Assembly: GCA_000146045.2 (NCBI GenBank)
Contig: BK006937.2
Location: forward strand, 1 to 64,000
Direction of reading: 5' to 3'
Length of the DNA: 64,000 nucleotides
Origin: TPA_inf: Saccharomyces
Taxonomy: Eukaryota
Shown: positions 54,941 through 64,000 of the stretch, in pieces
Position numbering within the stretch: the stretch's first letter is position 1
Layout of the letters: each line of letters opens with the position of its first letter
The notes under the pieces: generated by a model
What the model was told of the DNA's origin: nothing
The model's database searches: none
The model's input: only the letters and a program-made list of their open reading frames with translations
Translations under genes and position numbers: made by a program

Positions 54941-56527
54941 CTAATCCAACCTTCTTTCACTTTCAGGTAAAACTTGACTGAGTTCTTCAGCCTCTCTTCT
55001 ACCTCTCTTGACATCCAAACAGTTTAGCACAGGCAATGATAGCATCAAAAGCAAAAAGAAGAAATAAAACGAATAGCGAATATTATGCGTTTTATCGGTA
55101 AGCAGTCCAACAAGGAAGGGTCCCAGGATGGACGACCCCTTATCTGTGATACTGAACATACTAAAAAACGTGGATTCTTTTCCTGGAGGTACAATCAAAC
55201 TGAAAACTGATCTTGAAACCGCGGACAGGCCACCTAGTGATAATCCATACCAAATGGCCAATAAGAACATTTCAAACTTATGCTTTAAACCGAACGCATT
55301 GAAGAAAAATCCAAGAATACCATAAAATGGTATGAAACTTGCCCAAATGATAATGTACATCAAAGTTTGACTAGAAGTCCACCGAAACTTTGTGGCAAGA
55401 AATTGTGGAATCATAAAGGCACCCAGCATTGCATTTACAACGGTCAAAACACTTATCATGATTAAATTGAGGGTACTCATGTGCAGTTCTGCCTTGGAGA
55501 ACAAAACCGCTGTAGAATTTATAGTTGTAATGGAATCACTAATAATAAACCACGCAATAAGAAAAATCATCACATCTTTCAATAGTCTGGCATGTTTAAA
55601 CGATTCGAAAAGCGAAACCCAACCATATGAAAGGTAATTCTTCCAGTTTAGTTGACCCAAGGCGTCTTGCTCACCGGGATACGGACTGCGGGCGGATGCT
55701 AATGTAGAATCGTCAACTCTTATCGGTATTGTCACATCGTCAATCAACCAGATCATGGGCAGTTGCCACACAAACCACCAAATCCCAACGAAAAGAACAG
55801 CCACTTGAACATCCTGCTTACTGCCCTTTTTAGATGCGACTAAGAACATAGATACAATCTGAACAATGAGGGCACTTGAATAACCTAAAGATGCACCTCT
55901 ACCGCTAATAACAGTAGTTAACGAGTCTACCTTATCAGGTTCATAAGCTCCTTGACTTTGACATTTCAAAGAATCCTTGACAAAAATGGGCAGAAGAGAA
56001 TTCCCAACAACATTGATAACGCCAAAACAACCATTGGCCACTATATAAAGCCCAGCCAGAGAATAAATCTGGGTATCATTCAATTTTGAAATCGCAACAG
56101 TCGACAATGCGCCCACAATACCAAACCAAACCAGAATTCTGCCTTTGAATTTAACGCTCCCCCAGAGATCTACTATCCCTGAAACGGAAATGACTATTAT
56201 AGTTTGGAATAAAACGCTAAGGGAAAAGACATATAATGCAAAACTTGAAGTATCTACGAAGATCCGATTGTTGAACAAACCAAGAACACACTTATCTGAA
56301 TCACTACCCGTTTCTGACAGGCAGGGTATGGAGTGATCGTGAACTTTTACACCATTTATACTCGCAAATTGCTGCAGTAGTAAGGGAATATACGTTGAAA
56401 CCGCAGAAACGACAAATGGTTCGCTAGAAAATGAGTAAGCGTACCATCCCTTGATATTGTTTTGGGCTTTTTTTATTCGATAGTTCGTTACCGATTCATT
56501 CATATCATTTATAGTTCCATAGCTCAT
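54941..56527 (-). CDS. ATG22: Vacuolar amino-acid effluxer required for autophagy recycling (MFS-like)
   Basis: 528 aa polytopic membrane protein, MSYGTINDMNESVTNYRIKKAQNN.... Confidence 0.9.
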   Translation of the reverse strand: MSYGTINDMNESVTNYRIKKAQNNIKGWYAYSFSSEPFVVSAVSTYIPLLLQQFASINGVKVHDHSIPCLSETGSDSDKCVLGLFNNRIFVDTSSFALYVFSLSVLFQTIIVISVSGIVDLWGSVKFKGRILVWFGIVGALSTVAISKLNDTQIYSLAGLYIVANGCFGVINVVGNSLLPIFVKDSLKCQSQGAYEPDKVDSLTTVISGRGASLGYSSALIVQIVSMFLVASKKGSKQDVQVAVLFVGIWWFVWQLPMIWLIDDVTIPIRVDDSTLASARSPYPGEQDALGQLNWKNYLSYGWVSLFESFKHARLLKDVMIFLIAWFIISDSITTINSTAVLFSKAELHMSTLNLIMISVLTVVNAMLGAFMIPQFLATKFRWTSSQTLMYIIIWASFIPFYGILGFFFNAFGLKHKFEMFLLAIWYGLSLGGLSAVSRSVFSLIVPPGKESTFFSMFSITDKGSSILGPFLVGLLTDKTHNIRYSFYFFFLLLMLSLPVLNCLDVKRGRREAEELSQVLPESERRLD

Positions 56528-57373
56528 ATCTAATGTAGAGAATATGTTATGAGCAAACTATTGCTTATAAGGGCAAAAACCGTGGTAATATAGGTACAGT
56601 TTGAAATCTTTCCTTTTGTTTACACTACGCATCTTTCAATAGCTGAGGTATTTTCGTTTAGGAAAATACCGTTTTAAGGAATTAATTTTAGCAATTTCCT
56701 AAAATTGTTGAGCGGCGCTATCAATGCCGCACAATACAACAATTAATAATCTAAGACACGTTGCATTATACATGACAGAAGCTAAAGCATGGTCTTAGAT
56801 GACAATAAAAAGGAATTTGACAGCACAAAAGAGAAAAAAAAAACTATACATAAAATTTTTTACATATGAATTGCTTAGAGTAAAATAGGCATTTTTCATA
56901 TCTTCTTCCCAATTATTAAATTAGCAAAAAATTGAATAAAAAAAGCAGGTGGTTTAAGAATTGCGCAGGGAGAAGAAAGAATATCATATCTCATGATGGT
57001 AGCCACTTAGACAGAGAGAAAACGAAGTGAGAAGAGGCTAGTATTTTTATATCTTAAAAAAAAAAAAAAACAAAAAAAAAAAAACATAAATATTTGTATC
57101 TTATTGCTTATGATGATAATGTACAATGAATTCAAAACATGAAAATTGTTCAAAGTTTTTATTTTTATTTTCTCTTTCGTATTAAACTGATGGAACAAAT
57201 GAAAAAAATGGATAAAAAAACAAAAAAAAAAAAAAAAACAAAAAAAAAACAGCTTTGCTGGAGGATGATTAACTTTTAATTTTTTTAATTATTAGGTTTT
57301 TCAATTTTTTATGGTTTTTTGTGTAAAATGCAATGAACGAATCCATTTTTTATTTTGCAAGTGTGAGAGGCCT

Positions 57374-58678
57374 TTATAAGGAAGACTCGGATTCACCGGC
57401 AGCAACCGGCGCAGAGTCTTCTTTGGTTTCTTGTTCTTGAGAAGCGAGTTCAGTGGATGATTCCTCTTCTTGTTGAGGAACAGGTGGTAGGGATATCATG
57501 AATTGGTCCAATGCATCGCCGACCAGTTCTTTTTCAATATTAATTTCAGTTTCAAAAGTTTCTGGTAACCAGTTTGACCAGCTCTTGGAACGAACGAAGT
57601 ACTTATCCAATGGAGATGGTTCTTTGGCTTCACCGGTAACGTTATCACCTTCCTTGGCGGCCAAAGTACCTTCTGCAACATTGACGGTAGCGGCTTCGTT
57701 AGCGACAATTTCTCTCAATGCGGCTAAAATCAGGTTAGTGTCACCTCCGAAGGACATGTTAACAACTCTGTAAAACTTAGAGATTAAAGACAATGGAGCA
57801 AAACCATCCTTGGAGAGTTTGGACCTTAAGTAATTGTCGACGGTCAAGTTTTCTTCGCTGAAATAGTATTCAATTTGTCTAGCAATGTTGTTGATGGCCA
57901 TTAACACTGGTTGGACTGGATAAAACTGTTGCTGTAATTTGACCATAGGTTGTTGAGGATGTTGTTGGTTGTGATGGAAGTGGTTGTGGTATTTAGAGCG
58001 GTTGTTGTTGTTATTACGAGCGTTGCGTCCTTGGTAAGGTTTAAACTGTGGTGGGAAGCCTTGGTTCTGAGGCATACCGGCGTTATTACTGTTGTGGAAC
58101 TTTCTCCTTTGAGGACCATTGCTGTTATGGTGATGACTGTGGTGATGATTACGGTGGTGAGGTGGTTGTTGCTGTTGTGTAGATTGACCATTTTCTTGAG
58201 AGGTAGCGTCTTTTGAATCTTCCTCACCTACTGCCGATTCAAAGCCATCTTTCTTCATTTGTTGTTGCTTCTTAGCATTATGTTGGTGATGCTTCTTTTT
58301 CCTGTTAGCATTACTCGACGATGTCGACGATGCTGCAGTTTTGTTGTTTTTGCTCTTGTTGCTGTTGCCATTACTTGCACCATTCTTGGAACCGGATCTT
58401 TTGGTGCCAGAGACGGTAATGGAGGCCTTGATGGGAACCCACTTGGTAGCAGTCGATGATTTCGGAGTGGGTGTTCTGTTCTTCTTCTTTCTTGTGGCAT
58501 CCAAGTCTTCTATTGAGATAGTAGAAACAGGGATCTCAGTAGGAGCAAGTTTCCATGGGGAAGATGTGGGCAATGGTGCCGGCGTCAAGTTGACTTGCTT
58601 GCTCTTGGAGCTCTCTTGTTCTTGCACTTCTGGGACTGGGGCAGTAGCAGTGTTTGCGGCGGCGGTTTCAGCAGACAT
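57374..58678 (-). CDS. SRO9: La-motif RNA-binding protein, cytoplasmic, ribosome-associated
   Basis: 434 aa from MSAETAAANTATAP. It has long N/Q/H-rich low-complexity tracts (HHRNHHHSHHHN). The La-motif region is YYFSEENLTVDNYLRSKL. The track ORF has 32 extra codons. Confidence 0.9.
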   Translation of the reverse strand: MSAETAAANTATAPVPEVQEQESSKSKQVNLTPAPLPTSSPWKLAPTEIPVSTISIEDLDATRKKKNRTPTPKSSTATKWVPIKASITVSGTKRSGSKNGASNGNSNKSKNNKTAASSTSSSNANRKKKHHQHNAKKQQQMKKDGFESAVGEEDSKDATSQENGQSTQQQQPPHHRNHHHSHHHNSNGPQRRKFHNSNNAGMPQNQGFPPQFKPYQGRNARNNNNNRSKYHNHFHHNQQHPQQPMVKLQQQFYPVQPVLMAINNIARQIEYYFSEENLTVDNYLRSKLSKDGFAPLSLISKFYRVVNMSFGGDTNLILAALREIVANEAATVNVAEGTLAAKEGDNVTGEAKEPSPLDKYFVRSKSWSNWLPETFETEINIEKELVGDALDQFMISLPPVPQQEEESSTELASQEQETKEDSAPVAAGESESSL

Positions 58679-59025
58679 CGTGGGCAGAGAAGTGAAAAGA
58701 AGATGAAACACGTTAGCAGGTCCAGAGTAATCCTGATGTTCTATTACCGATCTAGGATCCCAAAAGATCTTCATAAAACCGAAAAAGATGTTAAGAAATG
58801 TTTACACTTGTACTTTTCTTTCTTTGTTCTTGACCTACCAGAAGTGAAAAAAATTTTTCATTGCGTGGGTACATCCGTGCACCATTTCTGAAAAATTTGC
58901 GATGAGCATCCCTCAAAATCCGTATTATCCGCTAGTGTTTTGAGGTTCAACAAGACAACATATAAGAAGGGAAGAAGGAAAGGAGGCAATGAGAACTTGG
59001 GTCTTGCTCGAGAGTCCAGATCCAC

Positions 59026-60726
59026 ATGCAGGTTCAAAAAATGGTGAGAGATAACAGTAATAACGGTAGCGATAAAAGCGTCCATTGGGAGAGGAGGAAT
59101 AATAACGGCGCAGGCCCCCGTTATCGTTCCAGAAGCGGTAATACCGGTGCTTTGGCAACAAAACTAAGTAATGGGACGCTCTCTGTCAGAGGATTAGTGA
59201 AGGACCGAACAGGAAGCGGCAAGATCGCGGGCTGTGTGGAGGCGTTTCTGGATGCCAGGACCCAATTGAATACGCCCTGGGACCGTGCTAAGTGCAATTG
59301 GCTGGACCAGATAGATTACTATGTACAGTTGAGAAAGACCGCGTTTTCTAAGGAATTGGACCAACTAAGGAAGCCCATGATCGATGCATATGTGGCGGAG
59401 ATGAGGCAGAAGTTTGATGCCTCCTATGGACAATCCAGGGCGCAATTGGAAGCCAAACTGGCGCAGGTGGACAGTGAATGGCATATGGTACATGGTGATG
59501 TGCATGCAAAACTGGAAAAACTCGTGGAAGAACGCCGGTTTTTGAAAAGATTAAGCGACACGATCGTACCACCCAGGTCCAAAAGATCACAGCGGCTGTC
59601 TCCATTGACCAAAGAGGACCGAGCCAACTGTATCTGTCCGCAGCCCAAAGGAATGAGCGACACCGCTTGGTTCGAAGCCATTCAGAAGAAAATGTTAGGA
59701 ATGAATGGTACCATCAAGCTCCTAGAGACAGAACAGAAACTACTGGCTGACGAGAAAAACAGCGTGAGGAAGACGTTCTGGCCCATGGTGGAAGCACATT
59801 CACGCTCGAATGAATTTGCTTATCTGGAGAAATGCATCAGGCTGATGGCCTCTCAGAGAGCAATATGCTTTTGTCTTGATATAGAGGCTTTCGAAACAAA
59901 CCAGAACGTAATCACCGAAATTGGGATTTCAATTTATGACCCCAGGGAAAATATGGTGCCGTCAATGGTTCCAATTACAAAGAATTACCACCTAATTATC
60001 GAGGAGTCCCTGGAACTTAGAAACCAAAAATGGGTCTGTGACTACAAGGATTGCTACTTATTGGGAGAAAGCTATGTTTTGAGCTTGAAAGAGTGCGTGC
60101 ATTTCATTCAATCACTAATAAACTATTACTTGGTCCCGGTGACCGAAGAAGACAAGACATGGTCAAGGGCATTTGTTGGTCATCACGTGAGCGGGGATCT
60201 TAAGTGGCTGGAGACTATTGGTGTCAAATTCCCTGGCAGAGGGTATGAAGGCCATCTGGACCATACGCTGCTTTTGGCTGAAACTCCCGGTGATCTAGAC
60301 GTGTTCATCTTGGACACTGAGCAGTTTTACAGGAAATCGTATGGCGAAAAGGGCAGCAGTCTGGGCAAGATTCTGCGGTTGTTCGAGATACCGCATGCGT
60401 TTCTACACAATGCCGGTAACGATGCCTACTATACCCTGCATTTGTTCATGAAGTTTTGCGATGTTAATTTCAGGAAAATAAGCGGCATGGACGATGTTCT
60501 TAAAGTAATGGGCCAAGTAAAAGTTTGGGGAGAACGAGACGTACGAGAGCCTAAAGTGGTGCCCATGTCGTATGCCATCTCCATCGAGGAGGCAGTCAAA
60601 AATCGGACGTACCGCAAGGGCGTCAAGAGCAGTAGGAAGGAAAGAGTCTGCCAAACGGAATTCGGTGGGTTAACGTATTTCGGAACTGCTAAAGACGCCT
60701 TCACAAGCACTCTTCCGACACACTAA
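59026..60726 (+). CDS. GFD2: Protein of unknown function, high-copy suppressor of dbp5 (YDR514C paralog)
   Basis: 566 aa, MQVQKMVRDNSNNGSDKSVHWERRNNNGAGPRYRSRSGN.... Recognised from sequence. Confidence 0.8.
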   Translation: MQVQKMVRDNSNNGSDKSVHWERRNNNGAGPRYRSRSGNTGALATKLSNGTLSVRGLVKDRTGSGKIAGCVEAFLDARTQLNTPWDRAKCNWLDQIDYYVQLRKTAFSKELDQLRKPMIDAYVAEMRQKFDASYGQSRAQLEAKLAQVDSEWHMVHGDVHAKLEKLVEERRFLKRLSDTIVPPRSKRSQRLSPLTKEDRANCICPQPKGMSDTAWFEAIQKKMLGMNGTIKLLETEQKLLADEKNSVRKTFWPMVEAHSRSNEFAYLEKCIRLMASQRAICFCLDIEAFETNQNVITEIGISIYDPRENMVPSMVPITKNYHLIIEESLELRNQKWVCDYKDCYLLGESYVLSLKECVHFIQSLINYYLVPVTEEDKTWSRAFVGHHVSGDLKWLETIGVKFPGRGYEGHLDHTLLLAETPGDLDVFILDTEQFYRKSYGEKGSSLGKILRLFEIPHAFLHNAGNDAYYTLHLFMKFCDVNFRKISGMDDVLKVMGQVKVWGERDVREPKVVPMSYAISIEEAVKNRTYRKGVKSSRKERVCQTEFGGLTYFGTAKDAFTSTLPTH

Positions 60727-60840
60727 ATATATTCATCGATTTTTTTCCTGTAAATACAAACACATGCTTGTATACATATACATATACATATATATAAGCT
60801 CATTATAAACCTGTGTGCATGGAAAAAACTTTGTCTGCCC

Positions 60841-61245
<405 letters not shown>

Positions 61246-61657
61246 TTATTTTATGCTAAAGTCCCTTTTTATATTATATAAACTTTTCATTTATTTTATA
61301 TATTTACTCCTTTCAAGACAAAATTCCCACATCACGTGAATCAGGAGGCGCAAGGGGGGTAGTAAGGCAGTAGTAGATAAAGAAAACAAGCATCGCAATC
61401 TGGAAACGCCGTTGCGGCTGCTCGTTATCTGTAGACAGCTCACTTGTGCATGAAGTTCATGTTTTATAGATGATGGAGCCATACTTCAAGGTGATAACTA
61501 TGAAACTGTTTTGACCTTGACGTGTAAAGTGATCAAGGTAATAGTTAAACTTTATATATGTTGTTTATCAATGTGGTATCCTTTCTAAGGATGAAGACAA
61601 CACGATTGTGACAGTGTGAGAGAGTGATAAAGCATTGGAGGCAGGCAAAACAAGAAC

Positions 61658-62722
61658 ATGGGGTTTCTTTCGGATCATCCGCATACAGCTATCACCGAGA
61701 CGATCTTTCGAATTGTCTCTTCAAGGGACTATACGCTAGAAGTGGAGTTAGCTCCCTTGATTCAGCTTATCAAAGCAGATCACAACGATTATAACTATAC
61801 CGTGAACCAAGAAGAAGCTGCGCGAGCACTTAGAAAGAAAATAAAGTATGGGAACCGGCTGCAGCAGTCCAGGACTCTGGACCTCTTGGATCTGTTCATC
61901 TCACAAGGCGTGAAGTTTACAGTCATGTACAATGATGACAAGCTGCTGCAAAGGCTGAGAGGGATGGCTACGAACTCTGAAAACAGCGGGTCCGGTGAAA
62001 AGTATGAGCCTAGGATTATTAAGAAGTGCGCGGCGTATGCTATCTCGTGGCTAAACTATATTACGCAGAACAACCTTGAGAATGCGAGGGCGTATTCAGG
62101 TCTTTATCAATTGGGTCAAACAGTCAAACAGAGGTACTCGAAGAGCAGCCGTTCCCGCCGTAGCGGCGGAGGCTCTGGCGGACGGTCTAACTTCATGGAT
62201 GATAGCGCCGACGACACTTTGTACCAGTCCAACTCGCTGACTAGTGCCGATAGATTGTATAGGATTCCACAGATCAACATGAACAAAGAGGCACCCAGGA
62301 TTCGGCTCATAATCAGCGATGCTCTCGCGTCTGCTGTGTCGTTACAGAACTCGCTGATCGGGCTGCCCAAGGGCAAGTTCTCCACAGACGATGAAGAGGC
62401 CACGTCCAAGTTCATCCAGGCAAGGGCGATCAGAAGGAAAGTTCTTAGATATCTGCAATTGGTCACGGAGGGTGAGTTTCTGGGTAGCTTAATTCATGCC
62501 AATGATGAACTGGTGGCTGCGTTGACTGCATACGACGACCGAAGCGCTCAGGACGATAGCAGCGATGAAAGTGATCACGGCTCGTACGATGACGGTATTT
62601 ATGATGAAAACGAGCAGGATAACAGCAGGTATATTGATAGCGAGTCCTCAGAGGAAGAGAGCTTGTCTTCTTATCAGCCGTCCACGATCTCAAACCCTTT
62701 CGGTGATCATAACAAAATTTGA
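61658..62722 (+). CDS. LSB5: Las17-binding, VHS/GAT-like actin patch protein
   Basis: 354 aa, MGFLSDHPHTAITETIFRIVSSRDYTLEVEL..., with an acidic, Ser/Asp-rich C-terminus. Confidence 0.85.
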   Translation: MGFLSDHPHTAITETIFRIVSSRDYTLEVELAPLIQLIKADHNDYNYTVNQEEAARALRKKIKYGNRLQQSRTLDLLDLFISQGVKFTVMYNDDKLLQRLRGMATNSENSGSGEKYEPRIIKKCAAYAISWLNYITQNNLENARAYSGLYQLGQTVKQRYSKSSRSRRSGGGSGGRSNFMDDSADDTLYQSNSLTSADRLYRIPQINMNKEAPRIRLIISDALASAVSLQNSLIGLPKGKFSTDDEEATSKFIQARAIRRKVLRYLQLVTEGEFLGSLIHANDELVAALTAYDDRSAQDDSSDESDHGSYDDGIYDENEQDNSRYIDSESSEEESLSSYQPSTISNPFGDHNKI

Positions 62723-62775
62723 AGAAGTATGTACGTATGCATACACACATATATATATATATATATATAGTACAT

Positions 62776-63282
62776 TTAATCCTTCTTGAGGTTTAAAGAC
62801 GCACTGTTCACACAGTGTCTGGTGTCCTTGGGCAAGTTTAGCAACTGTTTCCAGCCTTCACCTTCAAACACATGTCCCAAGTGTCCACCACACCTTGCAC
62901 AACATATCTCCACCCTCGCAGGCATTAAAGAATTGTCACGATGATATGTGATGGCTCCAGGGGATACCTCTTCGTAGAATGCGGGCCATCCACAACGAGC
63001 GTCGAACTTGGCCTTGCTCGAATACAACGGTCTGTCGCAGTTGGCACAATGGTAGACACCGGACTCGTTGGTGTGTAAATACGCACCGGTGTTGGGCCTT
63101 TCAGTGGCCTTATCTCTCAGCACCATCAGCTGCAATGGTGTCAGGGCATCGTTCCACTTCACGTCATTCGATTCGTCACTCATTTTCTTGCTCTTATTCC
63201 AGTACTGCGTCAGTACAATGTTTCTTCTCCCTGGAAAAGTCCTGCGTACAGTTATAACGTACAGCCTGCTCCACTTATTCAT
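62776..63282 (-). CDS. MXR2: Methionine-R-sulfoxide reductase (MsrB/SelR family)
   Basis: 168 aa. Two CxxC zinc motifs are present (CANCDRPL, CCARCGGHLGHVF), and the catalytic RxCxN-type region. Confidence 0.9.
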   Translation of the reverse strand: MNKWSRLYVITVRRTFPGRRNIVLTQYWNKSKKMSDESNDVKWNDALTPLQLMVLRDKATERPNTGAYLHTNESGVYHCANCDRPLYSSKAKFDARCGWPAFYEEVSPGAITYHRDNSLMPARVEICCARCGGHLGHVFEGEGWKQLLNLPKDTRHCVNSASLNLKKD

Positions 63283-63440
63283 TTTTTGATATTGCTTCCT
63301 TTCTCCCTTTATTTAAACTATCATCGGCGACATATTTCCCAATAGGCAAAGCTGAAAAATACTATCGCTAATTATAACAAAGAAGCTAGGTCGAAGGACT
63401 CGAAAAGACAGAGGTCGTACTAGCAGAGATAGCAAATCAG

Positions 63441-64000
63441 ATGGAGGACGGTAAACAGGCCATCAATGAGGGATCAAACGATGCTTCGCCGGATCTGGAC
63501 GTGAATGGCACAATATTGATGAATAATGAAGACTTTTCCCAGTGGTCGGTTGATGATGTGATAACTTGGTGTATATCCACGCTGGAGGTGGAAGAAACCG
63601 ATCCATTATGTCAGAGACTGCGAGAAAATGATATTGTAGGAGATCTTTTGCCGGAATTGTGCTTGCAAGATTGCCAGGACTTGTGTGACGGTGATTTGAA
63701 TAAGGCCATAAAATTCAAGATACTGATCAATAAGATGAGAGACAGCAAGTTGGAGTGGAAGGACGACAAGACTCAAGAGGACATGATAACGGTACTGAAA
63801 AACTTGTACACTACTACATCTGCGAAATTGCAAGAATTTCAATCGCAGTACACAAGGCTGAGGATGGATGTCTTGGACGTAATGAAGACCAGCTCAAGCT
63901 CTTCTCCGATTAACACACATGGAGTGTCCACTACGGTACCTTCTTCAAACAACACAATTATACCCAGTAGTGACGGTGTGTCTCTTTCACAAACAGACTA
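63441..64000 (+). CDS. STE50: SAM-domain MAPK pathway adaptor, N-terminal 186 codons, truncated by the window end
   Basis: [50 protein letters not shown]... is open to base 64000. It is absent from the ORF track because there is no stop codon in the window. Confidence 0.85.

Overview
This window looks like the left end of Saccharomyces cerevisiae chromosome III: TEL03L, then the silent mating-type locus HML, ending inside STE50. The identification is from memory of protein sequences and gene order, not a database search. About 33 ORFs translate to proteins I recognise (GEX1, VBA3, HML-alpha2 and alpha1, CHA1, VAC17, MRC1, KRR1, FYV5/ADF1, MIC10, PRD1, PEX34, KAR4, SPB1, PBN1, LRE1, APA1, YCL049C, YCL048W-A, SPS22, POF1, EMC1, MGR1, PDI1, GLK1, GID7, ATG22, SRO9, GFD2, GRX1, LSB5, MXR2, STE50). 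Several track ORFs begin at TTG or GTG codons shown as M; for those genes I moved the start to the first ATG that fits the known protein. The first 15 kb is a typical accessory subtelomere: C1-3A telomere repeats, an X element, a degenerate Ty5 retrotransposon with both LTRs, the paralogous transporter pair GEX1/VBA3, and the HML-alpha cassette with flanking silencer-like ACS elements and an intact HO site. The most unusual regulatory structure is the 2.5 kb KAR4-SPB1 intergenic region (29.0-31.4 kb). It carries two 31 bp alpha2-Mcm1 operator matches and dense TTT(G/A) forkhead-site arrays, which is the signature of the mating-type-switching recombination enhancer. A stress/UPR-element-rich divergent promoter region lies between PDI1 and GLK1, and a candidate origin (ARS305 region) lies between APA1 and YCL049C. 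I found no convincing evidence of a novel, undescribed gene system. The most checkable sequence-level observation is that VBA3 is an in-frame nonsense-interrupted version of a longer, roughly 582-codon MFS transporter ORF. I found no tRNA, rRNA or CRISPR features. All conclusions need an alignment to confirm.
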